A stretch of DNA of 64,000 nucleotides from Chthoniobacterales bacterium (GCA_038207335.1 JBBQZX010000021.1:1-64000), one strand, 5' to 3'. Shown: positions 26,648 through 36,441, counted from the stretch's first letter. The notes: generated by a model not told the origin, from the sequence alone. Made by a program: numbers and translations.

Positions 26648-27142
26648 TTAGAGTTTCGCTGGCTTCGCTTCGTCCTTGGAGACGACGGAAAAGGTGACAT
26701 TGCTCACCCCCGCGCCGCCAGCGGCACGGAGGAGACCGCGGAGATATTCATACCGCACTTCCTTGTCGGCGCGAATGACGACGCGGAAGTCCGGCGTCTT
26801 GTCGATCTTCTTCTTGAGAATCACGGCAACCGCATCCGCATCGGGATAGTTCGTCCCGTCGATATCCAGCGTGCCGCTATTGTTCAGGCTGCTCCACAAG
26901 ACGTTGATGATGACCTGCCCCTCGCCGGCTTGCTTCTTGCCTTTGTCCTTCGCGTCCTTTGCGACGGGAAGATGGACGTTATCGTTGGTCTGCAACACCT
27001 CGGTCGAGCTGATCGTCATGAAGAAGACGAGCAGCACGAGCAGAATGTCGATCATCGGCGCGATCTGAAACTCCGGATCTTCCTCCGGCGGCAAGCGCGT
27101 TTCGGCCTTCTTTTTTGCCGAGCCTTTGAGACGATGCGACAT
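26648..27142 (-). CDS. exbD: ExbD/TolR family protein
   Basis: FQIAPMIDILLVLLVFFM; VVIRADKEVRY. Confidence 0.92.
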   Translation of the reverse strand: MSHRLKGSAKKKAETRLPPEEDPEFQIAPMIDILLVLLVFFMTISSTEVLQTNDNVHLPVAKDAKDKGKKQAGEGQVIINVLWSSLNNSGTLDIDGTNYPDADAVAVILKKKIDKTPDFRVVIRADKEVRYEYLRGLLRAAGGAGVSNVTFSVVSKDEAKPAKL

Positions 27143-27157
27143 CGTTCGGGTTCCGGT

Positions 27158-28066
27158 TTAAGCCGCCCAGTCGAGGGTCGCGCCGCAGTGCGGGCAGGGA
27201 TTGACGCCGGCAGTGACGGCGCCATTGCAAACGGGGCAGTTCGTCGTGAGCGCCATGGAGACTTTGCGCGCGCCGGCTTGGAAGCCAGCGTGGGCACCGG
27301 CGTTGAAATTTTCACCGATGGAAACGCCCTGCAGTTCCTCGTAGGGCAGATCCTGCATGAGTTGATTCACGATGTCGTCGGCGTGGACGATGCACATCTG
27401 CGAGACGTTGCGGAAGATGTAGTAGCTGACGAATGCCGGGATGGCGATGAAGAGGCCGCTGGCGGTCGCGAGCAGAACCTCGCCGATCTTACCGGACAGG
27501 AGGCGCGGGTCGCTGATGCCGCTGCCGGCGAGGACGGCGAAGGCGCCCATCATGCCGATGACGGTGCCGAGCAGCCCGATCATCGGGGAGACGACGCCGA
27601 TTACGGAGAGGTAGCTGTTGCGGGTGCGGAGGATGGTCGCCTCGCGGAGTCCATGCTCGGCGAGACCGTCTTCCACGGCTTCCTTGCCGCGGCCGATGCG
27701 GCCGAGGCCGGCGCGAAGGACGTTGGCGAGGTAGTTCTTATTGGCGTTGCAGGTTTCCCACGCTTCCTGGTAGTTGCCGGCGCCGATGAGGCCCTGAAGC
27801 GAGACGATGAGGGGCGGCGGTGCGAGCTTGTCTTTGCGGAGCTGCATCGCGTTTTGGATGATGAGCGTCACCATCGTGACCGAGGTGCCGATGATCGCGA
27901 TCCAGATGAGCATGATCAGCGGACCGCCATTCGTGATCGTCTGGAAGATGCTCTCTTGTTTTGGCGGCGCCGAACCTTCTTCAGCGAAGCCGCTGACAGT
28001 CATGGCTGTGAGCGCGGCGAGAAAAAGAGCGGTTGAGAGGTAGGGGCGGAGGTGGGATTTGGTCAT
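27158..28066 (-). CDS. exbB: MotA/TolQ/ExbB proton channel protein with C-terminal CxxC-x10-CxxC zinc ribbon
   Basis: SPMIGLLGTVIGMMGAF and GEVLLATASGLFIAIPA; tail CPVC...CPHCG. Confidence 0.92.
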   Translation of the reverse strand: MTKSHLRPYLSTALFLAALTAMTVSGFAEEGSAPPKQESIFQTITNGGPLIMLIWIAIIGTSVTMVTLIIQNAMQLRKDKLAPPPLIVSLQGLIGAGNYQEAWETCNANKNYLANVLRAGLGRIGRGKEAVEDGLAEHGLREATILRTRNSYLSVIGVVSPMIGLLGTVIGMMGAFAVLAGSGISDPRLLSGKIGEVLLATASGLFIAIPAFVSYYIFRNVSQMCIVHADDIVNQLMQDLPYEELQGVSIGENFNAGAHAGFQAGARKVSMALTTNCPVCNGAVTAGVNPCPHCGATLDWAA

Positions 28067-28089
28067 GGGTTGGAGGAGAAATTTGGGTG

Positions 28090-28845
28090 TTAGGGGACGG
28101 TGATTTTTTGTGCTTTCAGCGCGTCGGCCTTTTCCTGCGCAAGGCTGACCGCGCTCGGATCATGGTAGAAAAGAGTCACGGTGCGCAAATAATCTTCAAG
28201 GGCGGCGGGAAGATTTCCGTCGTGCTCCTCGACTTCGCCGAGCGCGGCAAAGGCATTCGAATAGGTGTAGCCGTCCACGCTGGAGACGTTCTTGTCTTTC
28301 AACGCGGCCTCGGCGATGGGCTGAAGTTTCGCCTTCGCGGTGGCGAAATCTTTCTTTGAGATCGCGATGCGCGCCATGCCGACATCGGCCTGTGCGGAGC
28401 CGCCGTTCGGGTAGAGACGCTGGAAATCCTTGTATGCCGTTTCGGCTTTCGAGAGGTCGCCGGTGCGGATGTAAAGATCGCCGAGCATGCCGGAAACCTG
28501 CCGCGCCCAATCGACCGGGATGCCTTGATATTTGTCCGCAAGACTTTTGATGAGCGGCAGCGCTTTGTCGTATTGCTTTGACACGAGCGCGTTCTGCGCC
28601 TGCACGACTTCGGGCGGCTGCAGCATTTGCACTTCCTTCACGGTGGCGAGCGGCAGCCCGAGCGTGCCGGAGCCAATTTGCACCTGCAAATTCGCGCCGC
28701 TCACGCCGAGCACTTTCATCTCGCGCTTCTGCCCATCCGACGTGACGACGGTGTCGGCTCGGAGACGGGATTCAGCGATCAGCGCGGCGGAGAGGCCGAG
28801 GAGAAAAAGGAGTTGTAGGCGGGGGAAACGGGCACGTAGCTTCAT
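28090..28845 (-). CDS. Secreted TPR-repeat protein heading the exbB-exbD operon
   Basis: Signal peptide (ADTVVTSDG) followed by TPR helices (ALEDYLRTVTLFY). Confidence 0.8.
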   Translation of the reverse strand: MKLRARFPRLQLLFLLGLSAALIAESRLRADTVVTSDGQKREMKVLGVSGANLQVQIGSGTLGLPLATVKEVQMLQPPEVVQAQNALVSKQYDKALPLIKSLADKYQGIPVDWARQVSGMLGDLYIRTGDLSKAETAYKDFQRLYPNGGSAQADVGMARIAISKKDFATAKAKLQPIAEAALKDKNVSSVDGYTYSNAFAALGEVEEHDGNLPAALEDYLRTVTLFYHDPSAVSLAQEKADALKAQKITVP

Positions 28846-28924
28846 GCACTTTTTTCGGGAGGATTTGAACCGTATTCAAGCCGCCGAACGAAAGCAACCC
28901 AGGAATCATTTTCTCTCAAAAATC

Positions 28925-30427
28925 ATGGTCAATCTCATGCGCAAACACCAGCAGACCCTCATGCTGGCGGTCACCATCCTCGTCATCGTCGCCTTCATAT
29001 GGCTTTATAACGATCACCGTTTCGACCGCGGCGCAGGCGTCGATCGGGTGGGGATCGTCTATGGGAATGGCGTGACGATGGCGCAGTACCAGCGCGAGGC
29101 GCGGAAATTCGACGTGTGCCGCGCGCTCGGGTTGGTCGAGCTGTGGTCCACGCTCATCGGCAGCGAGGCGCGAGACGAGTCGGAGGCCACGAGCGCATTT
29201 GTCTGGAATACTTTCGTGCTGCGGCACGAGGCCGATGCGCTCGGCATCCAGCCGACGGATGACGAAGTGGTCGGGGCGGTGCAAAAGCTGCCGGCCTTCC
29301 AGACGAACGGCGTCTATGATTCGAGCAAATACATCGAATTTACGCAGAAAATGCTGTCTGCCCGCGGGCTCTCTGCGGAGCAAATGGAGGAGCTCGTCCG
29401 CGACGATATCCGCCTCCAAAAGATGAAGGCGCTCGTCGGCTCGACGGTCGCGGCTGCGCCCTCGGAGGTGCGCGAGATGTATGAGCAGCGCAGCCAGAAG
29501 ACCGAGGTGTCGCTTGTGAAACTGACGACGGATGATTTTGCGAAGGAAGTGAAAGTGACCGACGAGGACGTGAAGAAGCTCTACGAAGAGCGGAAGGAGA
29601 GCCTGAAATCCGAAGAGATGCGGAAGGCGAAAATCGCGGCTTTCACGCTCGAAAAAGAGGAGAAGCCGCTGAGCGGAAAAGAGCGGACGGCGGCGCTTTC
29701 GAAGCTCGGGGACAAGGCGCAGGATTTCGCGGTCGCGATGACGGAGCCGAATGCGAAGCTGGACGAGGTGGCGAAGAAATTTGAGGTCGAGCTGAAGGAG
29801 TCGCCGGAATTTTCAGTCGATGATCCGCCGAGTGAAATCGGACAGTCGGAGGAAGCCGCGCAGACGGTCTTCAAGCTCACGCCGGAGCAGCCGAACAGCG
29901 ACGTAGTGATGACGCAGAGCGGATACTACGTCTTCCAACTCGATGGCGTGACGCCCTCGAAGCCGCTGACCTATGAGCAGGCGAAGCCGAAGCTCGAAGC
30001 GCAGCTCAAAGCCGAGCGGACGCAGGAGGCGATGGCGCTGAAGACGACGGAGATTCGCGGGAAAATCGCGGAGGCACTGAAAGCCGGGAAGTCCTTTGCG
30101 GATGCGGCTTCGGCGGCTGGTGTGAAGGCGGAAACGCTCCCCGCTTTTTCGATGATGGAGCCGCCGAAAAGCGACTCGACGGACGCGCGGCTGGTGATGG
30201 GGCACGCGTTCAATTTGGCGACCGGACAACTCAGCGATGCGATTCCGACGCCGACGGGGACCATGCTTTTGCATGTCGATCAGCGGTTGCCTGTGGATGA
30301 GAAGAAATTCGACGAAGAGAAGGCGATGATCTCGGAAAACGTGGCGCGCATGAAGCGGGAGTCTGCGTTCGATCTTTGGCTGAAAGGCAGACGCAATCTC
30401 GCGCAGATCAAAACCGCACAAGGCTGA
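28925..30427 (+). CDS. SurA N-terminal domain / PpiD-like periplasmic chaperone
   Basis: MRKHQ..LM..VTILVIVAF anchor, EADALGIQPTDDEV, PAFQTNGVYD, and rotamase-like repeats. Confidence 0.8.
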   Translation: MVNLMRKHQQTLMLAVTILVIVAFIWLYNDHRFDRGAGVDRVGIVYGNGVTMAQYQREARKFDVCRALGLVELWSTLIGSEARDESEATSAFVWNTFVLRHEADALGIQPTDDEVVGAVQKLPAFQTNGVYDSSKYIEFTQKMLSARGLSAEQMEELVRDDIRLQKMKALVGSTVAAAPSEVREMYEQRSQKTEVSLVKLTTDDFAKEVKVTDEDVKKLYEERKESLKSEEMRKAKIAAFTLEKEEKPLSGKERTAALSKLGDKAQDFAVAMTEPNAKLDEVAKKFEVELKESPEFSVDDPPSEIGQSEEAAQTVFKLTPEQPNSDVVMTQSGYYVFQLDGVTPSKPLTYEQAKPKLEAQLKAERTQEAMALKTTEIRGKIAEALKAGKSFADAASAAGVKAETLPAFSMMEPPKSDSTDARLVMGHAFNLATGQLSDAIPTPTGTMLLHVDQRLPVDEKKFDEEKAMISENVARMKRESAFDLWLKGRRNLAQIKTAQG

Positions 30428-30432
30428 TTCAC

Positions 30433-30774
30433 GTGGGGCTTTCGCCGGAGATCGAGGAGCTTTTCGACGACGCGAATGGCGACCTCGCGCTCGGAGAACT
30501 CGACGAAGCGGTAAAGAAATATCGGCGTTGCACGGAGCTCGATGCGGAGTTCTTCGACGGCTGGCACGCGCTCGGCATGGCGCTGATGAAGACGGGGCGT
30601 TTTGCCGAGGCGATCGAGGCAGGTCTGCGCACCGTGGAGCTGCGTCCTAACGATCAGCTCGCATGGTCAAGCCTGTCGCTTTTCTACGTGCGAAATGAGC
30701 AAATCAAAGAGGCCGAATCCGCAGGCACGAAGGCGAAGATTTTGAGCTGGGGCGGGAAGATCAAAAAGGAATAA
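30433..30774 (+). CDS. Small TPR protein
   Basis: Two to three TPR units (DGWHALGMAL...LRPNDQLAWSSLS). GTG start. Confidence 0.8.
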   Translation: MGLSPEIEELFDDANGDLALGELDEAVKKYRRCTELDAEFFDGWHALGMALMKTGRFAEAIEAGLRTVELRPNDQLAWSSLSLFYVRNEQIKEAESAGTKAKILSWGGKIKKE

Positions 30775-30779
30775 CGGCG

Positions 30780-31265
30780 ATGGATTCCGTGCTCTGGAAA
30801 CTCGACTCGCCGTGGTGGCATTTCATTTTCCGCGGAGTCGTGGTTTTCGCAGCCGTGCTGATTTTCCTCCGACTCACTGGCAAGCGCCAGATCGGGCAGA
30901 TGACTCCGTTCGATCTCGTGCTGCTGCTGCTCATCAGCAACGCCGTGCAAAACTCGATGAATGGCGGCGACAACTCCATTTCTTCCGGGCTGATTCTCGC
31001 CATCACGCTCATCGCTTGCGACCTCTTCATGGGCTGGCTCACGCGCCGCAATCGCAAGCTCGAGACGCTCATCGAAGGCGAGCCTGAAATCCTCGTGCAC
31101 AACGGACGCGTCCGGCGCGGCGCGCTGGAAAAAGCCGGCCTCACTCAGCACGACTTGATCGCTGCGCTGCGCGAAGCGGATTGCGCGAATATCTCGGACG
31201 TCCACGCCGCAATCCTGGAAACCAACGGCCACATTTCCGTCCTCACGCGGAAGGAAAAGCCCTGA
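30780..31265 (+). CDS. DUF421/YetF family membrane protein
   Basis: RLTGKRQIGQMTPFDLV, EGEPEILVHNG, LETNGHISV. Confidence 0.9.
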   Translation: MDSVLWKLDSPWWHFIFRGVVVFAAVLIFLRLTGKRQIGQMTPFDLVLLLLISNAVQNSMNGGDNSISSGLILAITLIACDLFMGWLTRRNRKLETLIEGEPEILVHNGRVRRGALEKAGLTQHDLIAALREADCANISDVHAAILETNGHISVLTRKEKP

Positions 31266-31367
31266 CTTCTTTCACGCATTGACCGCGGGCGCGGAGACGC
31301 GGACGCTCGCCCCACTTTTCCTCGCGCAGCTAGAAAAAAACCAACCCCGTCCTTCCATCATCGCACT

Positions 31368-31784
31368 ATGAGTCTCCTCGATTCCCTCCTCGGCGCCGTC
31401 ACAGGCGGCAGCGACAAAAAGCAAATGCTCGCCGGTCTCGTCGGGCAACTTCTCACCGGCCACAGCTCCGCGCCTGGCGCGCCGCAAGGTCTCGGCGGAC
31501 TCGTCGAGCAATTCCAAAAAAACGGCCTCGGCGATCTCATCGGTTCTTGGGTCGGCACCGGCGCGAATCAATCCGCGAGCCCCGACCAGATTCACCAGGC
31601 GCTCGGCCCCGACACCATTCAGCACTTCGCGCAGCAGCTCGGTCTCGGCGGCCCGCAAGTCAGCTCGATGCTCGCCGAAATCCTGCCGCACATGGTCGAT
31701 CAAGTGACGCCGAACGGCGACGTGCCTCATGCCAACGACCTCCAGGGCATGATCGCCGGGCTCCTCGGCGGCCTCGGAAAATAG
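31368..31784 (+). CDS. YidB (DUF937) family protein
   Basis: GLGGLVEQF..NGLG..IGSWVGTGAN and LPHMVDQVTPNG. Confidence 0.9.
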   Translation: MSLLDSLLGAVTGGSDKKQMLAGLVGQLLTGHSSAPGAPQGLGGLVEQFQKNGLGDLIGSWVGTGANQSASPDQIHQALGPDTIQHFAQQLGLGGPQVSSMLAEILPHMVDQVTPNGDVPHANDLQGMIAGLLGGLGK

Positions 31785-31869
31785 CCCGTCATTTCGTCGC
31801 GCGCCGGCTGGTGATCCTGCGCGCGGGTTGCCTTTGCGGTGCGTGATCTCCACAGTTCGCGCCCGTTTT

Positions 31870-33669
31870 ATGGCCGAGCCTTTTTTCATAACCACCGCGA
31901 TCGACTACACCAACGGCGCGCCGCACATCGGGCACGCTTACGAGAAGGTGCTCGCCGACGTGCTGGCTCGGTATCATCGGCTGAAAGGCGACGACGTTTT
32001 CTTTCTCACGGGCGTCGATCAGCACGGCCAAAAGGTGCAGCAGTCGGCGGAGAAAATGGGCGTCGCGCCGCAGCAATTCGTCGATGACGTGACCGCGAAA
32101 TTTCGCGCGCTCTGGGACAAGCTGAACGTCCGCTACGACGGCTGGGCCGCAACCACCGACACGCTTCACAAAGAGTGCGTGCGCGCTAATTTGCAGAAAC
32201 TCTGGGACGACAAGGACCCCGCGACCGGCGAGAGCCGCTGGATTTACAAGAAGACGCAGCGCGGCTTTTATAGCGTGCGGCAGGAGCAGTTTCTCACCGA
32301 CAAGGAGCGTGGTGCCGACGGGCAGTTTGGCCCGGAGTGGGGCGTCGTCGAGGAGCGCGATGAGGAAAATTTCTACTTCCGCCTCACCGCGCATCCATCG
32401 CTTCCGCTCGACCCCGCCACCGGCCAACCTCTCGACCCTCGGCAGTGGCTCCTCAGCTTCATCAAAAAGCGCAGCGACGACGGGCGACCGTTCGTCATCC
32501 CCGATTTCCGCGTCTCGGAGCTGGAGAATGCCGTCGAGAAGCTCGAGGGCGACCTGTGCATCTCGCGGCCCGCCGCGCGACTTCAGTGGGGCATCCCCTT
32601 CCCCGAGAGCTTCGGCGCGGGGTTCGTTACATATGTCTGGTTCGACGCGCTGGTGAATTACATCAGCTTCGTCCCCGGCCACGACCCGAGCTACGGCGAG
32701 CGCACCGCCGTGGAGCGCCCGCCCGGCACCCTCGGCTTTGCCGACTGGTGGCCCGCGCTCCACGTCATCGGAAAGGACATCATGATCCCCGCGCACGGCG
32801 TCTATTGGCCGATCATGTTGAAAGCGCTCGGCTTTGCGGATGCCGAAATGCCCACGCTGCTCGTCCACGGCTGGTGGAACATCTCCGGCGCAAAGATGAG
32901 CAAGAGCCTCGGCAACGTCATCGACCCCGACGCCCTCGCCGACAAATACGGCCCCGAAGCGCTCCGCTACTACCTGATGAGCGACATCGCGACGGGCAAA
33001 GACGCCGACTTCGACGAAGAGCGCCTCGTCATCCGCTACAACAGCGACCTCGCCAACAGCCTCGGCAACCTCCTCAACCGCACGCTGAGCATGGCGGCAA
33101 AGTATCGAGAGGGGCGAACCGCCTCGATCGACCACTCTACTCTTTTCGGCTCGCTTGAAGGGCCTCACCTCTTTCTTGAAAAATTCGACATCCGCAATGT
33201 TGACGATGAAACAATGCAGTCCGCCATTCGGCTTTGGATGGTTCGAGACGTTCCAAGGAAATGGAGCGAGTTGTACGGTGAATCATTCGAGCGTTTCGAG
33301 GTATCGTCCGCGTTGGAGCGAGCTTTCGACCTGGCGGCACAACTCAATCAGCTCATCCAAACCACAAGTCCGTGGAAGCTGGCCAAAGACCCCACCCGCG
33401 CTACAGATCTCGACGCCGTCCTTTACACTCTCGCCGAGTCCCTGCGCATCATCGCCATCTTAATTTCTCCGGTGTTGCCGCAGGCGGCGCATGGGATTTT
33501 CGATCAGTTGCGGTGGAAGATCGTGGAGGGTGGGCCGGAGGCTTGGAAAGATGTGAACAATCGGCGCTTTCTCCTCGCGGATGCCGTCTGGTGCGGGCTG
33601 CCGGATGGGCACTTGCTCGGAAAACCCGTCCCCCTTTTCCCGCGGATCGAGGCTGCGGCGGAGAAATAA
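31870..33669 (+). CDS. metG: Methionine--tRNA ligase (short form, no C-terminal tRNA-binding domain)
   Basis: YTNGAPHIGHAY, GVDQHGQK, YVWFDAL, IGKDI, KMSKSLGN, LGNLLNRT, PW. Confidence 0.96.
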   Translation: MAEPFFITTAIDYTNGAPHIGHAYEKVLADVLARYHRLKGDDVFFLTGVDQHGQKVQQSAEKMGVAPQQFVDDVTAKFRALWDKLNVRYDGWAATTDTLHKECVRANLQKLWDDKDPATGESRWIYKKTQRGFYSVRQEQFLTDKERGADGQFGPEWGVVEERDEENFYFRLTAHPSLPLDPATGQPLDPRQWLLSFIKKRSDDGRPFVIPDFRVSELENAVEKLEGDLCISRPAARLQWGIPFPESFGAGFVTYVWFDALVNYISFVPGHDPSYGERTAVERPPGTLGFADWWPALHVIGKDIMIPAHGVYWPIMLKALGFADAEMPTLLVHGWWNISGAKMSKSLGNVIDPDALADKYGPEALRYYLMSDIATGKDADFDEERLVIRYNSDLANSLGNLLNRTLSMAAKYREGRTASIDHSTLFGSLEGPHLFLEKFDIRNVDDETMQSAIRLWMVRDVPRKWSELYGESFERFEVSSALERAFDLAAQLNQLIQTTSPWKLAKDPTRATDLDAVLYTLAESLRIIAILISPVLPQAAHGIFDQLRWKIVEGGPEAWKDVNNRRFLLADAVWCGLPDGHLLGKPVPLFPRIEAAAEK

Positions 33670-33678
33670 GAGCTTCAC

Positions 33679-33702
33679 CGCGAAGGCGCGGAGACGCGAA
33701 GC
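33679..33702 (+). repeat. 3 x 8-bp degenerate tandem repeat
   Basis: CGCGAAGG CGCGGAGA CGCGAAGC immediately after the metG stop. Confidence 0.5.
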
Positions 33703-33795
33703 AGGGAACAGGAATTTCTATCGCCTCGGCTTCGTGGGAAACGACTGAGCGGTGAAATCGTCATACGACTTCGACTGCCCTGAGACGGAGAGAAC

Positions 33796-35523
33796 TCAGC
33801 GGCGCGTGTACACTTCGTACCAATCCATGTAGGTGCCTTGGTAGTCGTAGTGATTCTGAATCCAAGTCTTTGTGCGGGTGGCCCAGACGCTGAAGCGGGA
33901 GGCTTCGGTGCCGTTGATGTCCCAGTCGCTGAGGATGATCACCGTCGGCTGGAACTGCTTCATCCGCGCGATCGCTTCGGCGTCCCAGTTTGCGGTACGC
34001 GTGGCGTTGTCGATGTACACGTCCTTCTCGTAGGTCGGGCGATCGGTGAGCAAATTGAACGCCGGATGATAGGGATAAGCGACGAGGTAGTCGCCGGGTT
34101 GTGAATGCTCGCGAACCAGCCTCTGCACTTGATTCAGCCCGTTGAACTCCTTCGTGTTCAGGAACACATCAACGCCGTTTTCGCCGTGGAAACGTTTGTT
34201 GCGATTCTTGCGCGCGGCGATCGTGCCGGTCCAGCGGTCGGGCAGCATTCGGTCGAGGTAGAGCGTCGCGTGGAGGGTGAGGACGATGAGCGCGAGATAG
34301 GTCCAGACGCGGCGAAAATCGAGCGCGCCGAGCAGCAGGACGGCGGTGAATGCGCCGGTCCAGTAGCCGGGTGAAAACTCGGAAAGATGCGGCGGGTCGG
34401 GACGGAAAAAGAAGAACTGCGGGAACGCGGTGAGCGCGCCGCCGAGCATGAGCAGCGCGGCGAGCGGACGGCGCGTGGCGTCGGGTTCGCGTGAAAATGT
34501 GGAGCGCGCGAGCGCGACCAGCGCCCACAGGACAAGCGGTGCGAGAATGAGGGATGGGATGAAAGTGAGCGCGACGAATTCGCGATGCTCCGCATCTTTT
34601 GCATCGACGAAATCGCGCCAAGCTGAGCGGTCGAGGAGGCCGCCGTTGGCGGGCGCGGCGGCGGCTGGCTTGTCGGTTTTCGGCGCGGGTTTGTCAGGGA
34701 GGCGCGCGACGGTTTGTTTAGCACCGCGATGGAGCGATGAGGTGAGCGAATGAACCCACGAAGCGTACTGCGCGAGGAATTCATGATCGAATCCGCGGCG
34801 CTTCGCGTCCGCATAAACCGGCGCGTGAATCAGCAAGACTGAGCCGGCGACGATCGCGACTCCGGCAAGCGCTGTGGCCGATCGCCGGGCGATCGGCAGT
34901 GCGCGGTCGAGCAGCCGCAGGAGATGGAATCCGAGCCACAGAGCGGTGAAGAAAATGCCGAGATCGATGCGGATGAGGAACGTGAGGCCGAGCACGATTC
35001 CGCCGGCGAATGATTTCCAAAACGACTCGCGCGAGCCGGGCGGCGCGAGCGCGCCGTGGAGCAGGCAGAAACTGTTCGCGACGGCGAGCAGCGGCATGTA
35101 GTTCTTGAAAGTCATGCCCGGCACGAGCAGCGGGAGTAGCGCGACGAGGAACGCGAGCCACGGTTTGCGGCTTACTTTTTCCACCGCCAAGAACGCGAGC
35201 GTGGCGGTGAGGGTGGAGAGGACGAAGCAGTAGGCGCGGAGCAGGACGAAGCTGACGCCGAAGATTTTGAAGAGCGCGACGACGGGGTAAAACCAGAGGA
35301 CGTTGTAGCCCAGCGAGACGTCGAGGAAGGGGCGCTGGCCTTCGAGGAGGCGCTTCGCATCGAGCGCGACGGTGCCGCCTTCGTCGCGGAAATTGATGCC
35401 GTGGCGGTAGTAGCTGCCGTAGTAGCAGAGCGCGATGGCGAGGAGCAAAAGCAGCCACGGCAGCCGCGTGCGTGCGACGGCCTGGCATCTGCGAAGGGCC
35501 GCTGTTGCTTGATCGCGAGTCAC
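33796..35523 (-). CDS. Multi-pass membrane protein, ArnT/GT-C-like
   Basis: DEG motif after the first TM, about 10 TM segments and a periplasmic C-domain. GTG start overlaps the rfbA stop. Confidence 0.65.
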   Translation of the reverse strand: MTRDQATAALRRCQAVARTRLPWLLLLLAIALCYYGSYYRHGINFRDEGGTVALDAKRLLEGQRPFLDVSLGYNVLWFYPVVALFKIFGVSFVLLRAYCFVLSTLTATLAFLAVEKVSRKPWLAFLVALLPLLVPGMTFKNYMPLLAVANSFCLLHGALAPPGSRESFWKSFAGGIVLGLTFLIRIDLGIFFTALWLGFHLLRLLDRALPIARRSATALAGVAIVAGSVLLIHAPVYADAKRRGFDHEFLAQYASWVHSLTSSLHRGAKQTVARLPDKPAPKTDKPAAAAPANGGLLDRSAWRDFVDAKDAEHREFVALTFIPSLILAPLVLWALVALARSTFSREPDATRRPLAALLMLGGALTAFPQFFFFRPDPPHLSEFSPGYWTGAFTAVLLLGALDFRRVWTYLALIVLTLHATLYLDRMLPDRWTGTIAARKNRNKRFHGENGVDVFLNTKEFNGLNQVQRLVREHSQPGDYLVAYPYHPAFNLLTDRPTYEKDVYIDNATRTANWDAEAIARMKQFQPTVIILSDWDINGTEASRFSVWATRTKTWIQNHYDYQGTYMDWYEVYTRR

Positions 35524-36410
35524 TGCGAGCCGGGTCCCGCGGGCGTTTCGTCGCAGACCATTTGGACGTATTCGCGGTATTCGGTCTTCGGCAAATCGGC
35601 GATGGCGCATTGCAATCCGGCGCGGTCGATGAAGCCCTGATTGAACGCGATTTCCTCGATGCACGCAATTTTCAACCCCTGCCGGTTTTCGATCGCGGCG
35701 ATGTAGTTGCTCGCCTCGAGCAGGCTCATTTGCGTGCCGGTGTCGAGCCACGCCATGCCGCGCCCGAGAAGGCGGACGTTGAGTTCGCCGCGCCGCAGAT
35801 ATTCGAGATTCACGTCGGTGATTTCGAGTTCGCCGCGCGGGCTCGGGGCGAGGTTGCGGCAGATTTCCACGACCTCGCGGTCATAGACGTAGAGCCCCGG
35901 GACTGCGAACTGGCTTTTCGGTTTCGCGGGCTTTTCCTCCAAGCTGACGGCTTTGCCCGACGCATCGAATTCGACGACGCCGTAGCGCTCGGGGTCGCTG
36001 ACCCGATATCCGAAAATGCACGCGCCCTTTCCCAGCGCAAGCGCCTCGCGGAGGAAGTCGAGTTTCCCATAGAAAATGTTGTCGCCGAGGATGAGCGCAA
36101 CGGGATCGCCGGAGATGAATTTTTCGCCGATCAAAAATGCTTGCGCGATGCCGGCGGGCTTCTCTTGCTCGGCATACTCGAAACGCATGCCGAGGCGCGC
36201 GCCGTCGCCGAGGAGATCACGGAATTGTGGGATGTCTTTCGGCGTCGAGATGATGAGGACCTCGCGGATGCCGCCGAGCATGAGCGTGGCAAGCGGGTAG
36301 TAGATCATCGGCTTGTCGTAAACCGGGAGGAGCTGCTTGCACGCGATGCGGGTGAGCGGGTAGAGGCGGGAGCCGGCGCCGCCGGCGAGGATGATGGCCT
36401 TGGTGGTCAT
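35520..36410 (-). CDS. rfbA: Glucose-1-phosphate thymidylyltransferase
   Basis: ILAGGAGSRLYP, KQLLPVYDKPMIYYP, LGDNIFYG, RGELEITD, WLDTGT. Confidence 0.97.
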   Translation of the reverse strand: MTTKAIILAGGAGSRLYPLTRIACKQLLPVYDKPMIYYPLATLMLGGIREVLIISTPKDIPQFRDLLGDGARLGMRFEYAEQEKPAGIAQAFLIGEKFISGDPVALILGDNIFYGKLDFLREALALGKGACIFGYRVSDPERYGVVEFDASGKAVSLEEKPAKPKSQFAVPGLYVYDREVVEICRNLAPSPRGELEITDVNLEYLRRGELNVRLLGRGMAWLDTGTQMSLLEASNYIAAIENRQGLKIACIEEIAFNQGFIDRAGLQCAIADLPKTEYREYVQMVCDETPAGPGSQ

Positions 36411-36441
36411 GGGTGAAAGGGTGTTCGGCGCTCCGGCCGTT

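Noticed and set aside
33100..33400. Diversity-generating retroelement target in metG
   Set aside because: No reverse transcriptase and no template repeat seen in the window.
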